Shown here piece after piece: positions 28,147-38,900 of a stretch of 64,000 bases of DNA; positions within the stretch are counted from its first letter, which is position 1; each line of letters begins with the position of its first letter. The translations under genes and the position numbers were made by a program. A model generated the notes under the pieces. That model was not told the DNA's origin and searched no databases. It was given only the letters and a program-made list of their open reading frames with translations. This DNA comes from Myxococcota bacterium (lineage in GTDB: Bacteria > Myxococcota_A > Bradymonadia > UBA7976 > UBA1532), in contig JAYZEG010000041.1 of NCBI GenBank assembly GCA_036337435.1, forward strand, positions 64,001-128,000. Reading direction: 5' to 3'.

Positions 28147-29478
28147 ATGAGTGACTCTTTGACTGAGCAAGAAATCGTTGAGTTATGCAAGGCCCACAGC
28201 ATGTTCAGTTGGTCTCGCGGCAATGACGTAAAGCCCTGGCCAATCGAGCGTGCCGAGGGGATCTACATGTACGGGCCTGATGGCCAGCGCATCATCGATT
28301 TCAATAGCCAGTTGATGAGCGTCAATATCGGTCATGGCCATCCCAAGGTCCGTGACGCGATGAAGGCGCAAATTGACAAACTGCTTTTTGTATGGCCCGG
28401 CGCAGCTACGGAAGTTCGTGCGCGTGTGAGTCGAAAGCTGAGTCGATTGGTCCCGGGGAATCTTAATACGTTCTTTTATACGTTGGGTGGAGCTGAAGCC
28501 AACGAAAATGCCATCAAAGCAGCTAAGCTGTATACTGGTCGGAACAAAATAATCGCTCGATATCGAAGCTATCATGGTGCGACAAACGCGACCATGCAGC
28601 TCACAGGTGATCCCCGACGCTTGGCCAATGAGCCGGGGATGCCAGGCGTCATTCATGTCATGGATCCAGAGCCATATGACTATTCTTTCGGGTCAACTGA
28701 CGAGGAAAAAGTTGCTCGAAATCTGCAGTATTTGGAAGAAGTAATTACCTATGAAGGGCCAGATACCATCGCGGCCATGTTCATTGAAACGGTGACAGGA
28801 ACAAACGGGATCCTTCCACCGCCAGCCGGCTATCTGGCGGGCTTGAGGGCACTGCTGGATAAATACAATATTCTTTTGGTCTGCGACGAAGTTATGTGTG
28901 GCTTCGGACGAACTGGTAAGATGTTTGCCTTTGAACATGCAGGCATTGTTCCGGATATCCTGACGATGGCTAAGGGCTTGACGAGTTCCTATGCGCCCAT
29001 GGGTTGTATGGCCATCAGTGATCCAATCGCAGCCCACTTTAAGGACAACGTGTTCTGGGGCGGCCTGACATACAATGCGCACTGTTTGGGACTCGCGACT
29101 GCGGAAGCGGTTATCGATGTAATGCACGAGGAACATTTAATCGAAAATGCCGCAAAAATGGGCCGAGTTATGCGCGGCCACATGCAGGCTATGAAAGATA
29201 AACATCCGTCCGTTCGTAGCTTTCGTCAAATTGGCCTATTCGGCATGATAGACCTTCAGAGAGACCAGAAGGGAACCCGGATGGCCCCTTACAATGGGAC
29301 GCATCCCGGGATGCAGGCACTCGGTGCCCATTTTCGAGCCAATCATTTGTTCACGTTCGTCCGCTGGGGCAGCTTCATGTGCAATCCACCCCTCTGCATC
29401 AACGAAAAGCAGCTAGAAGAGGCCTTTGCCATCATCGACAGTGGACTCGCCTTGACCGATGCGGCCATGGATCACTAA
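28147..29478 (+). CDS. Class III aminotransferase (beta-alanine/taurine-type)
   Basis: GGAEANENA, SYHGAT, DEVMCGFGRTG, PDILTMAKGLTS. Confidence 0.92.
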   Translation: MSDSLTEQEIVELCKAHSMFSWSRGNDVKPWPIERAEGIYMYGPDGQRIIDFNSQLMSVNIGHGHPKVRDAMKAQIDKLLFVWPGAATEVRARVSRKLSRLVPGNLNTFFYTLGGAEANENAIKAAKLYTGRNKIIARYRSYHGATNATMQLTGDPRRLANEPGMPGVIHVMDPEPYDYSFGSTDEEKVARNLQYLEEVITYEGPDTIAAMFIETVTGTNGILPPPAGYLAGLRALLDKYNILLVCDEVMCGFGRTGKMFAFEHAGIVPDILTMAKGLTSSYAPMGCMAISDPIAAHFKDNVFWGGLTYNAHCLGLATAEAVIDVMHEEHLIENAAKMGRVMRGHMQAMKDKHPSVRSFRQIGLFGMIDLQRDQKGTRMAPYNGTHPGMQALGAHFRANHLFTFVRWGSFMCNPPLCINEKQLEEAFAIIDSGLALTDAAMDH

Positions 29479-29485
29479 GGACCGC

Positions 29486-30379
29486 TTACGGCTTGTCCTT
29501 AATGTAATCGCGGAGTTGCTGAAGTGCGATCTGTCCTCGCTCTTGTTCCGAATCCGGTAGTGCTTGGACGACGTTTCTAAACTCCATTAACGCATATTCG
29601 GCGTGTCCTAAGTCGACTTGGGCGCGTGCGAGTCCCATATGAGCCTCTAGGAGCATTGGACAATGAATCAGAAGGTCATTAAAGATCGTCTTTGCCCCTT
29701 TTGGATCACCCATTTCCAAGAGACGTCGCCCTTGGTCTAAGGCGGGTTGTGCCATCAGCCGTTTGAAATGCTCATCGGTCAAAAATGGTGAAAGACAGAT
29801 ACCCAACCCATCTGTGACAACGCCTGGCTGAGGAGAGAAGGGAATCAGATTAAATCCAGCGCCGAAAACAGCCGCTAATGCAGTTGCCTGCAGGCCTGCG
29901 ACAACATATGAATCTGTCGGCGACAACATGGTGTCCCATCCTAGATAGGCCGTAAGTAGACCGGCGATCAGTAATTCTACTCCGGGGCCCGCCGCGTAAA
30001 TACAGGCATTCTTTAGGCGCGGGGACTGCAAGTTTTTCGGGAGGACTTCCACTAAACCCACAATCGGAAACAGTCGCCATTCTACGGGCACACCGAACCA
30101 AACCGAACGAGTAATGATGGGCCCTATCCCAACTTTAAGCCCGACCACAGCCCATCCGACCAGCCGAGCAACGAGGGCATGGGCAATTTCATGAAGTGCT
30201 GTAAGTGCAAAGTAGGCGAGGAAAAACCAAACCATCGCCAGCCGAGAGGGCGTGACATCCTGAAAGATCTCTAAAGCGAGGAGGCCACAGACGATCCCTG
30301 TAAAGATCGTGATAAAAACGCGCTCGCCCGATGTTTCAGCCTTTTGTTCTTTGGCGTTATCCTTATCGGGCGAAAACAC
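29486..30379 (-). CDS. Site-2 (M50) intramembrane metalloprotease with C-terminal TPR
   Basis: LHEIAH, AAGP, FNLIP...TDG. Confidence 0.85.
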   Translation of the reverse strand: MFSPDKDNAKEQKAETSGERVFITIFTGIVCGLLALEIFQDVTPSRLAMVWFFLAYFALTALHEIAHALVARLVGWAVVGLKVGIGPIITRSVWFGVPVEWRLFPIVGLVEVLPKNLQSPRLKNACIYAAGPGVELLIAGLLTAYLGWDTMLSPTDSYVVAGLQATALAAVFGAGFNLIPFSPQPGVVTDGLGICLSPFLTDEHFKRLMAQPALDQGRRLLEMGDPKGAKTIFNDLLIHCPMLLEAHMGLARAQVDLGHAEYALMEFRNVVQALPDSEQERGQIALQQLRDYIKDKP

Positions 30380-30388
30380 GTTCGTTCG

Positions 30389-31102
30389 CTAATCGCGACT
30401 TGAGACGAGCATCAGCACGTAATAGAACATCGTCGCGATGGTCGAAAAGAGAGCGAGTGATGCAGCGACATGAGAGCCGATGGGGAATTGCCGCATGATG
30501 GTCGATGTGTAGTACAGGACGTAACCGCCCATCAGGACCACCATGGCCATCGCGAAGAAGTCACCTAATTGCACACCACTGAAGACCCACGACACGATGA
30601 TCATACCGAGAGCCGCGAAACTAAGGAGTTGAAGTGCCCGACCCAAAAACGAGAAGTCCTTCTTACTGACCAGAGCCGTCAGTGTGAGTCCTCCAAATGT
30701 CACGCCGGTTATAATCCCAGCACTGCCAATCATGTTGGTCACGGCCACACCCTTGGATGCAGCAATGGCCTTCACGTACATGAGCAATGGCATAAAAATA
30801 ACCGCCTGCGCGACCACATACAGCCCGAGCCCAAGGTATTGCTTCGTTGGGTTCCCCATTTGGAATGCCCATTTGGACGCAAAGTGTCCTGCAGCCATGA
30901 AGGCGATCATCAGGACGATCCAGTTTTTCGCTAATGAGAAAGCCAGATTTTGTCCAAAACTCGAATTGTATAAAACCGTCATCAGGGCGATCCAACCAAG
31001 AATTGCGCCCCCTAAGTGTAGGTACACCTTCTTGAGAAATTCGACGCGTTCATTGACCGTCGCTTGCGCGGCCATTCTCGTTTGGTAACTCACGTACGAC
31101 AT
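30389..31102 (-). CDS. Bax inhibitor-1/YccA-family membrane protein
   Basis: 7 TM; FLKKVYLHL, KKDFSFLG, ASLALF motifs. Confidence 0.9.
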   Translation of the reverse strand: MSYVSYQTRMAAQATVNERVEFLKKVYLHLGGAILGWIALMTVLYNSSFGQNLAFSLAKNWIVLMIAFMAAGHFASKWAFQMGNPTKQYLGLGLYVVAQAVIFMPLLMYVKAIAASKGVAVTNMIGSAGIITGVTFGGLTLTALVSKKDFSFLGRALQLLSFAALGMIIVSWVFSGVQLGDFFAMAMVVLMGGYVLYYTSTIMRQFPIGSHVAASLALFSTIATMFYYVLMLVSSRD

Positions 31103-31354
31103 TGCTTTCCTCCAAACATCGGTATTGGTCTTGCCATCGGCGTCCCTTACTAGACACGTGGCGTCATGAAAGTTATTCCCAACACCGTTAACATTGTCAA
31201 ACTTGTTGCAATCGTCAAGGCGAAGAGTTGGATTTTATTCCATAATCGAGCCGACTTCTTCCTTTCCTTGACGCGAAGTCATTTCGGACTTGTCGGCCAT
31301 GCCGTGTTCTGATGTCCTGTGCAAGATCGAATAACTGGACAAGGAGGGGGAACG

Positions 31355-33301
31355 ATGTCCGAGCTGTACCCCGTGCCGAAGCGGGTCAGAAATGGTGGGC
31401 AGCAGCCCATCCGCAGCATAGCGGATTACACGGCAATCTCGAATCAGTGGTTGAAAGACCCCAATGACTTTTGGTTGGCCGAAACCAAAGGATCAGTAAT
31501 TTGGCAGGTCGAACCAAATATCGGCTTACAGGGCGACTTTAGGTCCGTCTCTAAGGAGCCGTTCACATGGTTTGCCGATGGCCGTTTAAATGTGACCGAA
31601 TCATGTTTGGACCGCCATGTACGAAGCCAGCCAGACAAGACGGCGATCATTTGGGAGGGCGATGAACCAGGTGACGGCCGGTCGCTCACCTATCGTCAAT
31701 TACATGCGGAGGTTTGTCGCGCTGCGGCTGCCCTACGACGCTTGGATGTAGGCTGCGGTGATCGAGTTGTCATCTACATGGGTATGGTTCCCGAAGCGGC
31801 TGTGGCTATGCTCGCTTGTGCAAGAGTCGGCGCGGTTCACTCAGTCGTTTTCGGAGGATTTTCATCAGACGCGCTCCGCGACCGGATTGATGATTGCGGC
31901 GCGAAGATCGTAATCACTCAAGATCAAGGTCTCCGCGGTGGTCGATCCATTCCCTTGAAAGCGACAGTAGATGATGCGCTTTCAAAGACTGATTTGGTTC
32001 AGAGTGTGTTGGTCTATCAGCGCACAGGAGCCGACATTGGATGGGTAGAGGGCCGAGACAGCTGGTGGCATGAACTCGTTATCGACGACCACAGTAATGC
32101 GGGCGACCCAGAATATGTCAATGCAGAACATCCGCTGTTCATTCTCTATACATCTGGGTCAACGGGGCGCCCCAAGGGCTTAGTTCATACATGTGGGGGC
32201 TATCTCACGTACACTGCCTATACGCATCGTACGGTCTTTGATTTACGGCCCGACGATATCTATGCATGCGTGGCGGACGTCGGATGGATTACGGGCCATA
32301 GCTACATCGTTTACGGACCGCTCGCTAATGGAGCGACAACACTCATGTTCGAGTCGACACCGCTCTATCCCGATGCGGGCCGCTACTGGGACTTAGTCGA
32401 ACGCCATAAAGTCTCAATCTTCTACACGGCTCCGACAGCATTGCGTGCACTCGCTGCACATGGTGAACAACCGGTTCGAAAATACGACACGAGCAGCTTA
32501 CGTGTTTTAGGTACAGTTGGCGAACCGATCAATCCTGATGCATGGGAATGGTACTACCACGTCGTTGGTGAAGCCCGTTGCACCGTAGTAGACACCTGGT
32601 GGCAAACGGAAACCGGTGGTATCTGCATCGCGCCAGTCGCCTCAGCTACGCCGACAAAAGCGGGTTCAGCGACTTTGCCACTGCCTGGTATTCGCCCTGT
32701 ACTCATCGATCCCGCAACCCAGAAAACCATCGCCGGTGCCGCTCAAGGGCATTTATGTCTTGAGCATTCATGGCCCGGTCAAGCTCGGACCGTTTGGGGC
32801 GATCACGCTCGTTTCGTACAAACGTACTTTAGCACGTATTCGGGCCTCTATTTCACGGGTGATGGCTGTCGTCGAGACGATGATGGTTACTATTGGATCA
32901 CCGGTCGCATTGACGATGTTCTTAACGTGTCTGGGCATCGTATGGGCACAGCTGAGTTCGAGGCCGCTTTGGGCTCTAACGACGCTGTGGCAGAAGCCGC
33001 TGTTGTTGGTTATCCACATCCCATAAAAGGTCAGGGGGTCTACGCTTTCGTTGTTCTCAATGGACAACATGGCAATGTTCCGACTGACGAACTCCAGAGC
33101 ACGGTCCGAAAGGCCATCGGTGCCCATGCCCGCGTAGACCGTTTCCAATCGGTCCCTGGCCTCCCTAAAACCCGTTCTGGCAAAGTCATGCGACGGATTC
33201 TTAGAAAAGTCGCTGAAGGTCAATCCAATGATCTTGGTGATCTCTCGACTCTTGCTGACCAGACCGTCGTTGACGCAATCATTCGGGGGGCTGCCACTTA
33301 A
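31355..33301 (+). CDS. acs: Acetyl-CoA synthetase
   Basis: LYTSGSTGRPKG, DTWWQTETG, GRIDDVLNVSGHR, PKTRSGKVMRR; AAGGAGG RBS. Confidence 0.97.
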   Translation: MSELYPVPKRVRNGGQQPIRSIADYTAISNQWLKDPNDFWLAETKGSVIWQVEPNIGLQGDFRSVSKEPFTWFADGRLNVTESCLDRHVRSQPDKTAIIWEGDEPGDGRSLTYRQLHAEVCRAAAALRRLDVGCGDRVVIYMGMVPEAAVAMLACARVGAVHSVVFGGFSSDALRDRIDDCGAKIVITQDQGLRGGRSIPLKATVDDALSKTDLVQSVLVYQRTGADIGWVEGRDSWWHELVIDDHSNAGDPEYVNAEHPLFILYTSGSTGRPKGLVHTCGGYLTYTAYTHRTVFDLRPDDIYACVADVGWITGHSYIVYGPLANGATTLMFESTPLYPDAGRYWDLVERHKVSIFYTAPTALRALAAHGEQPVRKYDTSSLRVLGTVGEPINPDAWEWYYHVVGEARCTVVDTWWQTETGGICIAPVASATPTKAGSATLPLPGIRPVLIDPATQKTIAGAAQGHLCLEHSWPGQARTVWGDHARFVQTYFSTYSGLYFTGDGCRRDDDGYYWITGRIDDVLNVSGHRMGTAEFEAALGSNDAVAEAAVVGYPHPIKGQGVYAFVVLNGQHGNVPTDELQSTVRKAIGAHARVDRFQSVPGLPKTRSGKVMRRILRKVAEGQSNDLGDLSTLADQTVVDAIIRGAAT

Positions 33302-33505
33302 ATATTTCTTGCTTGGTCGCTCATCGCATTGATTACTTACGTGTTTGAACTCTGTATGCTATTGCGTCCACGTGTATACGGAGTTGATGAATTCGAACTG
33401 GCTTTAAAAATGTTCGGGTCAAAACTTCGAATAGATTGTAGACTATGAGCCGTCCGCGGTTGTTGCGGACGCTTTGTCACACTTCAGATGGCGAGGAAAC
33501 GGAAT

Positions 33506-34210
33506 ATGAAATGTCCGAATTGCGCAAGCGACGTACCAGATGCATCCAACTTCTGTGGCGTCTGCGGATTTGATGTCCGACCAGCTCGCGCTGCAGCAGC
33601 AAACTTGAATCAAACGGTTGCACTTGAACAGCCATCGAAGTCTAACCCCGCAGCTCCTGCATCGAAAGCTAATGAAGCGACGATGCACGATTCAGCACCT
33701 GAACCTGTTCAGGAATCGCGACCGTCTGGTGATGTGACCGCGGCTCGCAAGGAGGGTTCGTTGGAGAACCCAAGAAAACCGGAGGCTCCATCACCGGCGA
33801 TACAATCGACGGCATTCGATTTACAAGTCTCGTCGATGCCTGCGAAGGGTGACCCATCTAAGCCGACCTCTCCGATCGATGAGACCTTTGCTTCGATGCC
33901 GGCCCTGGAGCCACCTGCGCCCGGCAAGTTTCGCGAGACGCAATGGTTCATGGCAGCTCAGGATCCTGACCATATCGACAATATCGGTAACGTCGTGCTC
34001 GATGATTTAGAAGAGAATTATAAGCCGGAGGACGGTAATTTGGATACCCAAATCCGTCAGAAGTTCTCCCTGAATGTCCCCAATTCAGTCGACGCTGACA
34101 GCAAAGCCAGCTCATTTGCGTCGGGTGAAAGTGGCGGACCTAATAAGAACGTCATCTTGATTATCGCGGGTGTTGCCGTCGCTGGACTGATTGCCTACTT
34201 CGTTATGTAG
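33506..34210 (+). CDS. Zinc-ribbon protein with disordered linker and C-terminal TM anchor
   Basis: MKCPNC...NFCGVCG; C-terminal VILIIAGVAVAGLIAYFVM. Confidence 0.8.
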   Translation: MKCPNCASDVPDASNFCGVCGFDVRPARAAAANLNQTVALEQPSKSNPAAPASKANEATMHDSAPEPVQESRPSGDVTAARKEGSLENPRKPEAPSPAIQSTAFDLQVSSMPAKGDPSKPTSPIDETFASMPALEPPAPGKFRETQWFMAAQDPDHIDNIGNVVLDDLEENYKPEDGNLDTQIRQKFSLNVPNSVDADSKASSFASGESGGPNKNVILIIAGVAVAGLIAYFVM

Positions 34211-34366
34211 TCAGTCTCCTGACGATAAATATTTGCGTCGGGCGGGCCACATCGACACAATATAGAGCGACATATCAGAATTCAGTTTGTCTTTTATAAG
34301 CAAACGGTTCAATTCGGGGTCCATAGTCCGATATCAGCGGAAGCTGAGCGGAGATAAGGAGACAAC

Positions 34367-35917
34367 ATGATCATTGCAACCGCTGCAGCAAGCGCAGCAG
34401 TCGCAGCCGGGGCTGTTGTTCTGAACGATCGCTTGAAGCGCCAACGCCTCAGGGGTGACGTTCAAGGGCGGAAGACGGCGGGCGCCGACCGAAGCGTTGT
34501 CCATACGGCAGGTGATCAGCAGAAAAGTATGGCACGGGCGGAAGTCCTGCGCGAGCGTCTCGAAAAGCAGTTGTCACGTCGACAGAAAGAACTCGATGAT
34601 GACCAAGCCAATCTGGAGAAGCGGAAGGCTAATCTTGACCGACGTTTTTTGGGAATTAAAGAACGTAACGATGATCTCGCGGAACGATTCGCCGCCATCA
34701 AGGAGAAGCGTTCGTCAATCGAAGACATTAAATCGGAAATTAAGCGATTAGAAGTACTCTTCAAAGAAACGGTGGAGCAATCTGCTGGCGAAACAGCTGA
34801 CGGTGCTTTGGAAGACCTCACGCATGATCTCATTGACCGGGCTCAGGTCACCTCGCAGAAGGCTGCCAAAAGCTTAATCACCAGCATTGTCGGAAAAAGT
34901 GAGTACGAGGCGAAACGCCTCATTGATGTCGCGTGTCAGCGATATGGTATGCCGTTGGCGGCAAATCGACTCGTCTCTACGGTGAATTTACCAAACAAGA
35001 AAAATCAGCAGGACCGAGTCTTGAGTGACGGTGCGTCAGTCTTGAAAGCGATTTTTGAGGAAACTGAAGTTGAGTTTGTTGATCAGGGTGAGGGCATCTT
35101 TTTTCTCCAAGCTCCCGACCCCTACACGCGTGAAGTTGGCCGTTTAGCCTATGAAAAAATGATTCGCTCGGGTGATATATCGGAAGCTGCGGCGAAGAAG
35201 TTTTCAGAAAAGTCAAAGGCCAATCTTGATAAAATCGTTCGTGATGCGGGCCGCCGTGCTGCCAGAATTTTACATTTGAAAAATATCCATCCGGACATTC
35301 TTCATTTGGTCGGAAAGCTTTTGTACAGAACCAGTTACACCCAAAATCAATGGCAGCATGCCATCGAAACTGCCCATCTGTGTGGAATGATGGCAGAAGA
35401 GATGGGACTTGATATCCGGATGGCCCATCGGTCGGCGTTGCTACATGACATTGGCAAAGTCCTTTGGGCAGAAACGGAGGCTTGCGGAAGTCACGCTGTC
35501 TCTGGCGCGGCGTTCGCTGCCGACCATGGCGAAGACCCTGATATTGTGCACCCGATTGCAGCACACCATAACGATGAGAAGCCCTCGACACCCCTTGCAC
35601 ACTTGGTTGCAGCTGCGGATGCCTTGAGTGGCGCGAGGCCCGGGGCACGCCGTGAAACATTAGAATCGTATACACAGCGGGTGGACGATATCGAAGCCAT
35701 TTGCGAACGCTTCCGTGACCGTGGTGTCCGGCGTGCGTACGTTATTCAAGGTGGCCGTGAAGTCCGCCTGGAGGTTACACCAAAGCGCGTGAACGACCAG
35801 GCTGCCATCAAGTTGGCTACCGATATTGCGACCACTATCGAAGATGAGTGTATTTACCCAGGTCAGATCAAAGTGATCGTGATGAGAGAAACGGTATCGA
35901 GTGCCTCAGCTAACTAA
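34367..35917 (+). CDS. rny: Ribonuclease Y homologue with divergent KH domain
   Basis: N-terminal hydrophobic anchor and coiled coil; YRTSYTQNQWQH, LLHDIGK, AAHH, AADALSGARPGARRE, IQGGREVR, YPGQIKV. Confidence 0.85.
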   Translation: MIIATAAASAAVAAGAVVLNDRLKRQRLRGDVQGRKTAGADRSVVHTAGDQQKSMARAEVLRERLEKQLSRRQKELDDDQANLEKRKANLDRRFLGIKERNDDLAERFAAIKEKRSSIEDIKSEIKRLEVLFKETVEQSAGETADGALEDLTHDLIDRAQVTSQKAAKSLITSIVGKSEYEAKRLIDVACQRYGMPLAANRLVSTVNLPNKKNQQDRVLSDGASVLKAIFEETEVEFVDQGEGIFFLQAPDPYTREVGRLAYEKMIRSGDISEAAAKKFSEKSKANLDKIVRDAGRRAARILHLKNIHPDILHLVGKLLYRTSYTQNQWQHAIETAHLCGMMAEEMGLDIRMAHRSALLHDIGKVLWAETEACGSHAVSGAAFAADHGEDPDIVHPIAAHHNDEKPSTPLAHLVAAADALSGARPGARRETLESYTQRVDDIEAICERFRDRGVRRAYVIQGGREVRLEVTPKRVNDQAAIKLATDIATTIEDECIYPGQIKVIVMRETVSSASAN

Positions 35918-38900
35918 GTGGCTGGGGCCTCTGAGTCTGATGTTTCAGCCTCATCATAGCGAAGCTTCTGTTCCTGATAACGAGTGGCTAAATCGGCCTC
36001 CCCGATGGCGATTAAGAAACTCACAAAGGCTGATTGAATGGACAGAGCATCAGCCGTCGCGCCCAGACCCAAAAGATATCTGAATAGGGCTTCGTAAAAA
36101 CTTCTTACTTCGGGTAGACGTATGGCTGAATTTTCGCGATCCGCATCGAAGTGCAGATGTTCTTCAAATAGGTAAAGTAACTCGCCGATGTTTCCGACAG
36201 AAAAGGCCATCTCGCGGTTTTCTGCGCGAACTCGCAGGTATTCTTCGTACATGTTCAAACCGAGCAGGTCATCGAACAGTTCGTGAAGCTCTTCGAAAAC
36301 TCGATAGTAATTGTTTAATCCTCGATTAATTGAAATGGCGATTCGAACAGATTCGAGTGACCGCTCGAGCCAGGCGTTAAAGCCGTTTTCGGTTTCTGCT
36401 TCATCTGCTCGACGCCGACAGATTTTACTGATTTCGACAAAGCACTCATCGATTCGTGTTGTGCCGTCTGGCATTCGTCCAAACAAGTGTATGCAATGTT
36501 CGACCATTTCGATTGCACGTTCGTCATTCGCTTCTTGTCGGGCCATCGTCAGTAGGTGTTCGATCCGCATCTCAAGACGAAGCGGGTCGCTGCCTGGAGA
36601 GAGTTGGTCGAGGCTTCGAAAACGATCCCGAATCGCGCGGTATCGTCCTAAATCGCCCTGTTTTCTGTAGACCTCATGCAATATTGAACCAACGACGTGG
36701 AGATGGTCCATGTCCCCAGACCGTTCATAAAGTCGCATTGACCCTTCTAAATATTCGATGGCTTCCCCAGCTCGATCGTCCACCTCCAAGAGCATTTCAC
36801 CAAAGCGCAAATGTAAATAAGCCGCTTGTTCGACCGTCCACTGATCTTGACTACTCTTCAGAATCCGAATGCCCTTTTCGACATAGTCCATTGGGTCTTG
36901 ACCCCGCCGGGCTTCATACCGAGCCTCCGTCAAGCTGAGCGTCGCTAATCCGTATGTGTCGCCGACCTGTTCATATGATTCCTTGGCAAGTGTGAACAGT
37001 GTTCCAGATCGCGCCATCGCACTCGGTAACTCACGATCGAGTGCCTCATGCGCTGTGTCTGCCAGAATTTGATGAAGTTTTAGCTCATCCGCCAAAATGA
37101 TAATTCGCTCGGAAAGATGCTCCATATGCTGCACGGAGAAAAAACCTTGAGACAGAAATTCGGTTAATTCCGTGAGACGAACAGGTTGCTGGTCGACTTG
37201 GATAGGCATCCATCGCTCTAACAAGTCTGTGAGGCGTTCACGCGTCTCAATGACGACAGCAAGCGAACTGGTCGCAACGCGGAGCTGAACTAGGGAATCT
37301 CCCATATTGCTGGCCAATTCTTGCGCGAGCTCCAAGAGTTGCATGGATTCGGACAAGACTTCGCTTAGCGGTTGGATACTCGGTCCAAAGCCCTCGCCAA
37401 AGAGATCCGGGACGTAGAATTCTCCGCTCAGAATATTGTAATGGCTGTCGACGCGAACCTCTATGATCTCGGTCGCTCTTTTCACCATCAATTCTGCCAG
37501 GAAGCCAAGTTGTTGGTGTTTATCGCCAACCGCAATCGCATCCTTGAGCATATCATCGACAGCATTTTGGTCCCCGACTTGGATCAGCGCCACGAGCCAT
37601 TCAATTCGAATTTGAATACCCTCGCGAAAACCACCAATAGATTGCGCCTGGTCAAGAATGAATGGAAATAGGCGTTTGTGGAGTCCGGGCCATTCCCATT
37701 TGGCGAATGCTTCTGATAGCCATACATAGACAGGCAGTGCCAGTGCCGGTGAGCATAGATTTAGCGCATCAAGCATACGAACCAGTGCTGCACGTGCTGC
37801 ATTTGTGTCGCCAGATGCGTAACAGACTTCCAGGTAAACACGAAGTGCTTCGAGTCGAACGGCTTCTTGCTCCATGCGAACTGCAAGGCCAAGCGCCATG
37901 TCAGCCGTCGCACGCGCTTCAGCAAAATCCCCCATAATCGCTTTGAAGCGACTCTTCACACTGAGCATTCGGACACGAATATCCGACAGGCTGTCATTGA
38001 GTGCATAGGAATTTTCGAATCGTTCAGCTAGATTTAATTGGGCATCGGCCTCAGTCAATGCCGCATAGATGCGATGGCGTCTTTCACGATCTCTCTGTCG
38101 ACCATGTTGTCCATACAGTAGGCCTGGTCCTCCGTCTAAATCGAAGAGACTCTCGACGTACGTCACTGCGGCTTCTGCAGCATCACCATGTCGTCCAGCA
38201 GCCGAGAAGTGTCCGGCCGTCTTCCATAATGATTCTGCCGTCGCCCGACGTTTTCGGTCTTTGTAGCGAGATTCACTCCATGTCTCGGTGACATCGACAC
38301 CCGCGATTTGTTCGTCCCCAAGGCTGCCCGTCATTCGCGCATCAAGTCTCAATATAGTCCCAATTCGAACATTTAATTCATCCCTGTCGGATGGGTCCAT
38401 TAGGTCCGTCCATTGTCCGGCCAATTCCTCAGAAAGGAACGCCCAGCCATCTGCTTCAGGTCTGATCAGACCCGTTCGCGTCAAGAGTTCAATCCGCAAC
38501 GCGGCTGCTGCTTCTGGTACAGACCAAATCCGTGCCATCAACTCTGTGGTGAAGTGCTGGCCGACGAGTGCTGCCGTTTGGAGATCGGCTTGAACATCCG
38601 CCCGCAACGCGGGGAAATCGCCGAGGGCTAAAGACCAGAGGCCATCGAAAACGTCGCCGGCGAGCCCAGCAGCCAGTTTTGTATTGCCATCAGGGCCCCG
38701 CTTTAAGATGGCGATGCGATTGAGATAGTCTACCAGCGCATGGGCAACGAGTGGATTTCCGTTAACCTTGTCGGCCAGTTCAACTTGAGTCGACTCGCTT
38801 AGTTTCACCCGGTGGCTCAGTCCGTTGGCCAAAATCTCTGCGAGATCATCGTCTCGAAGGCGACCGATCGTATATGCGGACTGAGGCTTGTGTCTTGAGT

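Noticed and set aside
34211..34366. 6S RNA upstream of rny
   Set aside because: Too short, with only a small hairpin (34218-34242); no long rod with central bubble; no zapA/ygfA context
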